Assembly (NCBI RefSeq): GCF_001945605.1
Contig: NZ_MPKA01000092.1
Coordinates: 1-5,177, forward strand
Length of the DNA: 5,177 nt
Direction: 5' to 3'
Source of the DNA: Dubosiella newyorkensis
Lineage (GTDB): Bacteria > Bacillota_I > Bacilli_A > Erysipelotrichales > Erysipelotrichaceae
The translations under genes and the position numbers were made by a program. Under the pieces are notes generated by a model. It saw nothing but the letters and a program-made list of their open reading frames with translations, made no database searches and had not been told where the DNA came from. This document shows positions 1-5,050 of this stretch, in pieces. Each line of letters begins with the position of its first letter. Within the stretch, counting starts at the first letter, position 1.

Positions 1-440
1 CACCATACACTGTCGGGATCTTTTGGATTGAATTGTCTTTTCAGAAGATTGTGAAGTTTTCGATCATTCCCTTTAGATATGGTCGTTTTTATCTTGTGTT
101 TCAGATATTTCGGTTTGATATTGGCTTCTTTCATAATCGAATAGACATACTTCTGGCATCCTTGGATCCCTTTCTTGTGCAGGATCTCTGCGATCTTGGG
201 CGAGCCATACAGCTGGTGCGAATCGTTGTAGATCTTGACGATTGCTTTTTTTGTTTTTTCCCGTCGGACTTTTGTCTTGGATGGTTTTGATCTTAAATAC
301 TTGTAGTAGCCGGAAGGGCTCTTCTCCAATATAGCCAGTATACCCGCTATCGATGCTTTGGGATGTTTCTCTTTGTATTCCTGGACCGATCGATAGAGGA
401 GACGAGCCGTTACTTGCCGAGTATACTGATTGCTTTTTTT
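1..440 (-). CDS. IS3-family transposase OrfB, N-terminal part. It is in the -1 frame relative to orfA and is truncated by the window edge.
   Basis: My hand translation of the -1 frame from the slippery site is open all the way to position 1. It reads KKSNQYTRQVTARLLYRSVQEYKEKHPKASIAGILAILEKSPSGYYKYLRSKP...IVKIYNDSHQLYGSPKIAEILHKKGIQGCQKYVYSIMKEANIKPKYLKHK...LLKRQFNPKDPDSVW. This is the usual region upstream of the IS3 integrase core. The DDE motif itself lies outside the window. Confidence 0.85.
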
Positions 441-697
441 AATACATTGAGCGCGTCCTGGGTATCTCTGAGCTGCTTTTTAAGATGGGCGATCTCTTTG
501 GCTTCATCGCTGGCATAGTTGCCGGATCCTCTTACGACGACCTGATCGTCATGCTCTTTATAGCTTTTTACCCATCCTCCAATTGTTGTGTCATGGACTC
601 CGAACTGTTGCGCGATCTGGGTGTAGGCAAGGTCTGGATGATCGAGTACATACTGAATCACCTGTTCCTTAAATTCTTTGTCATATTGCTTTGCCAT
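410..697 (-). CDS. IS3-family transposase OrfA (helix-turn-helix protein, 95 aa)
   Basis: Complete ORF MAKQYDKEFKEQVIQYVL...TIGGWVKSYKE...LKKQLRDTQDALNVLKKAISILGK. It has an HTH region followed by a leucine-zipper-like C-terminus, typical of IS3/IS150-group OrfA. GAGGAGG lies 8 nt upstream of the ATG, and the slippery A7G lies near the 3' end. Confidence 0.9.
   Translation of the reverse strand: MAKQYDKEFKEQVIQYVLDHPDLAYTQIAQQFGVHDTTIGGWVKSYKEHDDQVVVRGSGNYASDEAKEIAHLKKQLRDTQDALNVLKKAISILGK
433..440 (-). promoter_or_regulatory. Programmed -1 ribosomal frameshift site (A AAA AAA G) linking orfA to orfB
   Basis: The minus strand reads TTA AAA AAA GCA in the orfA frame, 7 codons before the orfA stop. 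The -1 frame is open from here to the window edge. Confidence 0.75.
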
Positions 698-799
698 TTT
701 TCATTCCTCCTCATTCTGGAATTCAAATTGTTCTTCTTATGACATTCTACCACTTGAATTTTCAGAGGTTTAAGGGATGCACCATTAATACTAAATCCA

Positions 800-1185
800 C
801 GATCTTTATAGGTAATGATCACAGTCGATACTTTCCCTGCGATCACCAGGTCGAGCAGTTCAAAGAACTCTTTCCTTTTCTCAAAAGATATGCCGCTGGC
901 AATATCCCGAAAAGCACCGGCTACCGGATACCCCTGCTTCATCGCAAAGTTCTGCAGGTTTTCCATCTGATTTTCCAGATCATGTTTCTGTTTGGGCGTC
1001 GATACTCGTGCATAGAGATACACTCCCCGTTTTTCGCCTTTGTTGATCAGTGCATAAACAGAATCTTCGTCCCAATCATACTGGCCGGAAGGAAGCTTGT
1101 TTGCTTTCAGGATTCCGTCTTTCCTCCATCTGAGCAGGGTGGAGCGGCTGATCTGGAGAATCTTCATTACTTCATTAGCTTTCAT
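800..1185 (-). pseudogene. tnpA: Truncated serine-recombinase transposase (IS607-family TnpA-like), residues 1-128, interrupted by IS3
   Basis: MKANEVMKILQISRSTLLRWRKDGILKANKLPSGQYDW is the MerR-type HTH. VYLYARVSTPKQKHDLENQ is the serine-recombinase active-site motif Y-x-R-V-S-x-x-x-Q. The authentic sequence stops at ...VIITYKDR. The rest of tracked ORF 658-1185 is read-through into the IS3 terminus. Confidence 0.85.
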
Positions 1186-1191
1186 GTAAAT

Positions 1192-1200
1192 ATTATATCA
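1192..1200 (-). promoter_or_regulatory. Extended -10 (TGATATAAT) for tnpA copy 1, with leaderless-type spacing to the ATG
   Basis: The minus strand reads TGATATAAT-ATTTAC-ATG. The A of the start codon is the 7th nt after the -10 hexamer, and there is no Shine-Dalgarno sequence. Confidence 0.45.
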
Positions 1201-1247
1201 GATAGTATAAGATAGATATATTAAATTTAAATAATTATTCTATATAC

Positions 1248-1282
1248 AAGAAGATGCGCAATGATGCGTCTTCTTTTTTTTT
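1248..1282 (+). terminator. Orphan rho-independent terminator directly abutting the IS607-like terminus
   Basis: AAGAAGA(tg)CGCA-ATGA-TGCGTCTTCTT forms an 11-bp stem with a 2-nt bulge and is followed by a T-run (about T9). No plus-strand gene lies upstream, because the IS module occupies that space. Confidence 0.6.
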
Positions 1283-1371
1283 AAGGTAATTGGCTTTTTA
1301 ATATTGATTATTTTATTTATAATGGCTTCGTTAAATGCATTTAATCAAATTTTATAGTTGAGGTAAAAAAT

Positions 1372-1882
1372 ATGAAAACAGAGACAACGACAAATCCGTC
1401 AACATACTCGAAGGTTTGGCGTATTGTTCTTTGCGTCGCCATTCCTCTTGCGGTTGGTGGGATTGCTGCAGCCTTGACGGGCAGCGCGATGAAATCTTTT
1501 CAGCAAATGAATCAGCCTCCGCTCTCTCCGCCGCGTGGTTGTTCCCGGTAGTATGGACGATTCTATATGTCTTGATGGGATTAGCTAGCTATATGATTTG
1601 GTCCGCAGAGCATTCGGTATTTCGGGATCATTCTAACGTTCGGAATTGGCTGATCGTGTATGGACTTTCTTTAGTCTTTAACTTCTGTTGGTCGCCAGTT
1701 TTCTTTAATTTGAACTGGTTCTGGTTCGCTTTTGTTTGGCTGTTGGCGCTATGGGGGATGATCATTTATTTGGTGATCAAGGCTAGTTCAATCAGCATGG
1801 CGGCTATGTGGATGATGGTGGTCTATTTGTTGGGGTGACTTTCGCCGCCTATTTAAATGCAGGTATCGCAATTCTTAATTAA
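1372..1882 (+). pseudogene. tspO: TspO/MBR-family (tryptophan-rich sensory protein) gene with two 1-nt frameshifts
   Basis: GAGG lies 8-9 nt upstream of the ATG at 1372. Frame 1 gives MKTETTTNPSTYSKVWRIVLCVAIPLAVGGIAAALTGSAMKSFQQMNQPPLSPP and stops at 1549-1551. Frame 0 (tracked ORF 1416-1838) continues AWLFPVVWTILYVLMGLASYMIW...WSPVFFNLNWFWFAFVW. Frame 2 finishes (W)VTFAAYLNAGIAILN with its stop at 1880-1882. The 511 nt plus 2 missing bases make 171 codons. The Trp-rich five-TM pattern and the PP-W-FxxVW and LN motifs fit TspO. Confidence 0.85.
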
Positions 1883-1893
1883 GAGCAAAGGAT

Positions 1894-1919
1894 AAGCGCA
1901 GGAATCTCCTGCGCTTTTT
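1894..1919. terminator. Bidirectional rho-independent terminator shared by the convergent tspO-like and ATPase genes
   Basis: AAGCGCAGGA-atc-TCCTGCGCTT is a perfect 10-bp stem followed by T5 on the plus strand. On the minus strand the same hairpin is followed by TATCCTTTGCTCTT. It overlaps the ATPase stop codon at 1918-1920. Confidence 0.8.
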
Positions 1920-3270
1920 AGATCGAGAGCTTTGCTAGGTCGACTTTCCAAATCAAAGATTCTTGATTGCGTACGTTCCCAAAAAACAAGATCATATAGT
2001 AAGGCAAATATAAAATATTATCGACTTCTTCTAATGGGAATTTCGAAAATACGATCCCTTGAGTTAGATTCCAATTCGAAGCAAGCGCCTTATTTAATGA
2101 AGGGTGTTTTTTATAGTCAGAGCCCGATTTGATTTCGATGATCTGAATTTTTTTATCTTCTTCCAATAAGAAATCGAGCTCTATCGTTTTTGAATCATAA
2201 TAATATAAAGAGCGATTTTTCGAAGCAAAGCATTGGGCAAACATATTTTCAAGGATACTTCCTTGGTTGATCGAGGTATTTCCTTGAAGAAGTTCAAACT
2301 GAATGTTTCCAAGCATGGAACAAAGAAGACCGGTATCATTTAAATAAAGCTTGAATAGATTTCTCTTCGTGTTTAGTTTCAGCGGATAAACGGGCGCCTT
2401 AGTGTTCAAGCAAGCCAAAGCCACTCCTGCTTCTTGGAGCCAAAGAAATGCATTCTCATAACGGTTCATACGTCCATTTTTATCGAGCTTCGAAAGTTTG
2501 AAACGTCTATTTTTTTGATCAAGCTGAGAAGGAATCGAATCAAAAATATCTTTAATCTTTATTTTTTCATTTCCTTGCGCATATTTCGAGATATCTTGTC
2601 GATACAATTGAATAATATCTGTTTGAAGCATCTTGACTCGTGCTAGATCATAGTGATTTATATAGTCTTGAACGACTTCAGGCATTCCTCCCACGATCAT
2701 ATAGGAAAAAAATAGTTGCATCATCGTTTCGTGGATTGCGGAAGTTGGCGCCATTCTTTTTTCATAACAAGTGCGCAGAACATCGATTGTTTCTAGTGGA
2801 ACACCAACGGCCCATAAAAACTCTTCAAAATCAAGTGGATACATGTTGATTATTTTTTCAAATCCTACGGGATAGGAACGAACTTCTTTATAGCGGACAC
2901 CTAACAAAGAACCTGTCTCAGCGATATCAATTGTCCCCCCTTCAACCAAAAATTTGATTGCTGTTCTAGCATTTGGACATTCCTGGATTTCATCAAGAAT
3001 CAATAATGTATTTTGTCGCACGATCGTTTTTTGGGTATAAGCCGTAATATTTTCCAGTAAAGTCCGCTCATTTAATTTTCCTTCAAAAATTGTTGTAGCT
3101 TTAGGATCTTCAATAAAATTGATTTCGATTACTTGTTGGTAATTTTGTTTACCAAATTCACGAATCGATGTCGATTTTCCGATTTGCCGAGCACCTAGGA
3201 TGCAACAGGCTTTCTTATGCTTGTCGTTCTTCCATCGATTCAGCGAATCAACAATTTTGCGCTTTAGCAT
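1918..3270 (-). CDS. AAA+ ATPase of the AAA_14/DUF4143 (COG1373-like) type with a C-terminal PD-(D/E)xK-like motif, 450 aa, intact
   Basis: Walker A is GARQIGKST (3169-3195) and Walker B is LLILDEIQ. The C-terminal segment ELDFLLEEDKKIQIIEIKSG (2128-2181) has the D...E-x-K spacing of restriction-endonuclease-fold domains. GGAG lies 11 nt upstream of the ATG. Confidence 0.85.
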   Translation of the reverse strand: MLKRKIVDSLNRWKNDKHKKACCILGARQIGKSTSIREFGKQNYQQVIEINFIEDPKATTIFEGKLNERTLLENITAYTQKTIVRQNTLLILDEIQECPNARTAIKFLVEGGTIDIAETGSLLGVRYKEVRSYPVGFEKIINMYPLDFEEFLWAVGVPLETIDVLRTCYEKRMAPTSAIHETMMQLFFSYMIVGGMPEVVQDYINHYDLARVKMLQTDIIQLYRQDISKYAQGNEKIKIKDIFDSIPSQLDQKNRRFKLSKLDKNGRMNRYENAFLWLQEAGVALACLNTKAPVYPLKLNTKRNLFKLYLNDTGLLCSMLGNIQFELLQGNTSINQGSILENMFAQCFASKNRSLYYYDSKTIELDFLLEEDKKIQIIEIKSGSDYKKHPSLNKALASNWNLTQGIVFSKFPLEEVDNILYLPYYMILFFGNVRNQESLIWKVDLAKLSI

Positions 3271-3344
3271 GTAACGTTTTTCTCCTTTTTTTATCTATAT
3301 TGTAACGTTTTTCGCGAAAAAGTTGATCAATTTGTAACGTTTTT
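3270..3344. repeat. Three direct copies of TGTAACGTTTTT (3270-3281, 3301-3312, 3333-3344) in the ATPase upstream region
   Basis: These are exact 12-mers with start-to-start spacing of 31 and 32 bp. The sequence between the cores is unrelated. The first copy overlaps the ATPase start codon, and the second creates TACAAT on the coding strand. Confidence 0.8.
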
Positions 3345-3404
3345 TTATTTTCAACTTGTTTTCGATTAGAGACTGATTTTCCGATATCGTTTCTTGGTAT
3401 AATG

Positions 3405-3426
3405 AAAAAAGCGCGAAAAGCGCTTT
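3405..3426 (-). terminator. Probable rho-independent terminator of the CDF gene
   Basis: The minus strand reads AAAGCGC-TTTTC-GCGCTTT and continues as a T6 run, starting 9 nt after the TAA at 3435-3437. The stem is short (7 bp, with a 4-bp GC core). Confidence 0.55.
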
Positions 3427-3434
3427 CTGTTTTA

Positions 3435-4543
3435 TTAGTCGCTGATTTCTCGATCGATCGTCACGTTGATAAAATAATCAGGAAAGAGCGTCTTGACTTG
3501 TTTGCTGATTTCGTTTCTTTTTTTGTTGGCGTCTTTTTCCTTAAAGTCTAAGACGACATCAAACTGGATCTTCTTTTTAGAAGGATCGATATAAAAGCCG
3601 TGCATGTTTTTGATGAGCGGGTCTTGTTCGATCTTTTGGCGAATTTTCGTTTGAATCGATTGAACAAATGTATTTTCTGTATTTTTCGTATAGAGCCCAA
3701 TACCTGTCAAAAAGATGTTGGATCTCTCATACACTTGATTGGCGATATTTCTTTCGAGTGTATCGAGCTCGTTCATGCTCATGGTGTCGTTGACTTCGAT
3801 ATGGACCGATCCAATAATTGTATTGGGGCCATAATTCGAGAGGACAAGATCGTATACGCCTTTTACACCCGGAATCTGGGCGATCGTCTCTTTGATCTGT
3901 TTGGATAAGGTGGCAGAAACGCGTTCTCCAAGAAGCTTGGAGATCGAGTCGTTCAAGATCTCGATGCCCGATTTGATGATCAAAAATGAAATGATGAGGC
4001 CTAGCCACCCGCTCAAATGGATCTTGAAAAAGATAAACAAAAGGGCGGATACGACAGTCGACAAAGGGACAAGAGAGTCCATGCGGCTATCTTTTCCAGA
4101 AGCGATCAGGGCGTTGGATTGGAGCGTGTCGCCTCGTTTTTCTGTCCAATATCCTAAGGCGAATTTGGCGATGATCGTCGTGCTGATCAAAGCAAGACCC
4201 CACGTCGTATAGACAGGCTTTTTGGGATCGAGGATCGATTTGACCGATTCGATCAAAGATTCTCCGTCCGCATACAAAAGACGAAGGCGGCGACGATCAA
4301 CGAAGTCAAATATTCGATCCTGCCATAACCGAGGGGATGTTTTTGATCAGGCGCTTTTAAAGAATGCTTCGTTCCGATGATCGTGATGAGGGAAGAGAGC
4401 GTGTCGGATAAGTTGTTGATGGCATCGAGAATGAAGTCGATGGAGTTGGACAACAAGGCAATACTTGCTTTCAAGACGACAAGGACTAGATTGACGACAG
4501 CTCCGATCAAGCTCGTTTGAATGATTTTCTTTTCTCTGGTCAT
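3435..4543 (-). pseudogene. Cation diffusion facilitator (CDF) family transporter gene with one 1-nt frameshift
   Basis: N-terminal ORF 4253-4543 reads ...SNSIDFILDAINNLSDTLSSLITIIGTKHSLKAPDQKHPLGYGRIEYLTSLIVAAFV, which includes the CDF signature HP-x-G-x-GR-x-E. C-terminal ORF 3435-4277 continues LYADGESLIESVKSIL... through the TM domain and a cytoplasmic C-terminal domain. The frames join at the T4 run (plus-strand A4 at 4276-4279). The 1109 nt plus 1 missing base make 370 codons. Confidence 0.85.
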
Positions 4544-4626
4544 GTCTTGAGTATAGATCGTTTTTTTGTTTGGCTAAAGATATATAGAATAATTATTTAA
4601 ATTTAATATATCCATCTTATATCATC

Positions 4627-4635
4627 TGATATAAT
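4627..4635 (+). promoter_or_regulatory. Extended -10 (TGATATAAT) for tnpA copy 2, leaderless-type. It overlaps a perfect 7-2-7 inverted repeat at 4618-4633.
   Basis: TGATATAAT-ATTTAC-ATG(4642). TATATCA-TC-TGATATA spans 4618-4633. Confidence 0.45.
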
Positions 4636-4641
4636 ATTTAC

Positions 4642-5050
4642 ATGAAAGCTAATGAAGCAATGAAGATTCTCCAGATCAGCCGCTCCACCCTGCTCAGATG
4701 GAGGAAAGACGGAATCCTGAAAGCAAACAAGCTTCCTTCCGGCCAGTATGATTGGGACGAAGATTCTGTTTATGCACTGATCAACAAAGGCGAAAAACGG
4801 GGAGTGTATCTCTATGCACGAGTATCGACGCCCAAACAGAAACATGATCTGGAAAATCAGATGGAAAACCTGCAGAACTTTGCGATGAAGCAGGGGTATC
4901 CGGTAGCCGGTGCTTTTCGGGATATTGCCAGCGGCATATCTTTTGAGAAAAGGAAAGAGTTCTTTGAACTGCTCGACCTGGTGATCGCAGGGAAAGTATC
5001 GACTGTGATCATTACCTATAAAGATCGATTGAGCCGGGTTGGGTTCGATC
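4642..5050 (+). pseudogene. tnpA: Truncated serine-recombinase transposase (IS607-family TnpA-like), residues 1-136, interrupted by IS3
   Basis: The protein matches copy 1 except V6A, and it extends further: ...ITYKDRLSRVGFDL (the conserved RL-x-R-x-GF region). The tail of tracked ORF 4642-5088 after 5050 is IS3 terminus sequence. Confidence 0.85.

Larger units (their letters stand above)
1..799 (-). mobile_element. IS3-family insertion sequence, partial copy 1. Its left inverted repeat ends at 799 and the element runs off the left edge of the window.
   Basis: On the minus strand the terminus reads TGGATTTAGTATTAATGGTGCATCCC, starting with the TG typical of IS3 ends. It is followed by an orfA/orfB pair with an A7G slippery site. 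The 127 bp at 673-799 are identical to 5051-5177 in reverse complement. Confidence 0.85.
673..1246 (-). repeat. Left arm of a long inverted repeat (partner 4581-5177)
   Basis: Base-by-base comparison with the reverse complement shows substitutions only at 1169, 1204, 1205 and 1214. There is also a 23-bp gap at 799/800. Confidence 0.9.
800..1246 (-). mobile_element. IS607-family-like element, left-end fragment, copy 1. It comprises a 61-bp terminus plus the 5' part of tnpA and is truncated by the IS3 insertion at 799/800.
   Basis: Reverse-complement identity to 4581-5027, apart from 4 substitutions, begins exactly at 1246. It encodes a MerR-like HTH fused to a serine-recombinase catalytic domain, the hallmark of IS607-family TnpA. 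Confidence 0.7.
4581..5050 (+). mobile_element. IS607-family-like element, left-end fragment, copy 2, truncated by the IS3 insertion at 5050/5051
   Basis: Inverted copy of 800-1246 with an extra 23 bp of tnpA (5028-5050). Identity starts at 4581 with TATATAGAATAATT. Confidence 0.7.

Noticed and set aside
33-290. 85-aa plus-strand ORF, and the similar ORF at 485-742
   Set aside because: Both are antisense to IS3 orfB and orfA, whose translations show clear family motifs. Neither has an RBS. They are shadow ORFs.
658-799. C-terminal 47 residues of tracked ORF 658-1185 (GFSINGASLKPLKIQVV...), and the tail of 4642-5088 after 5050
   Set aside because: These residues are translated from the IS3 inverted repeat and the orfA leader. 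They are read-through after the insertion junction, not genuine recombinase sequence.
691-1215. 174-aa plus-strand ORF, with its mirror ORF at 4603-4845 on the minus strand
   Set aside because: It runs exactly antisense to the well-supported serine-recombinase gene and IS3 terminus. Its low-complexity Phe/Ile-rich translation has no recognisable motifs. It is a shadow ORF.
1416-1838. Treating the tracked 140-aa ORF as a complete gene starting at Met-1416
   Set aside because: Its first 40 residues or so are out-of-frame translation. The real N-terminus (RBS plus ATG at 1372) and C-terminus (to 1882) lie in neighbouring frames and restore a full-length TspO.
1932-2849. Plus-strand ORFs 1932-2132, 2434-2646 and 2640-2849
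   Set aside because: All lie antisense within the intact 450-aa ATPase gene. They are short, lack an RBS, and have composition typical of AT-rich antisense frames.
3270-3344. A mini CRISPR-like array, suggested by three repeats at regular spacing of about 31-32 bp
   Set aside because: The repeats are only 12 bp long and AT-rich, and there are just three copies. They sit in a promoter/RBS region overlapping a start codon, and no cas genes are present. A regulatory repeat is the better reading.
3395-3403. Plus-strand extended -10 (TGGTATAAT) that could drive an RNA antisense to the 3' end of the CDF gene
   Set aside because: There is no acceptable -35. It sits in AT-rich spacer where such hexamers arise by chance, and it fires directly into the CDF terminator hairpin. 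It is not supportable without transcript data.
3600-4212. ORFs 3600-3908 (+), 3727-4008 (-) and 3892-4212 (+)
   Set aside because: They are alternative or antisense frames inside the CDF gene. The CDF frame carries the family signatures, so these are frame shadows.
4270-4285. Programmed frameshift or phase-variable switch in the CDF gene
   Set aside because: The run is only 4 nt, far too short for slipped-strand phase variation. There is no slippery heptamer context and the required shift direction does not fit, so a simple deletion or a sequencing error is more likely.
4591-4612. AT-only palindromes (TTAAATTTAA, ATTTAAAT) in the IS607-like terminus as specific recombinase sites
   Set aside because: This is low-complexity A/T sequence where short palindromes are expected by chance. 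Only the 7-2-7 repeat at 4618-4633 contains informative G/C positions.
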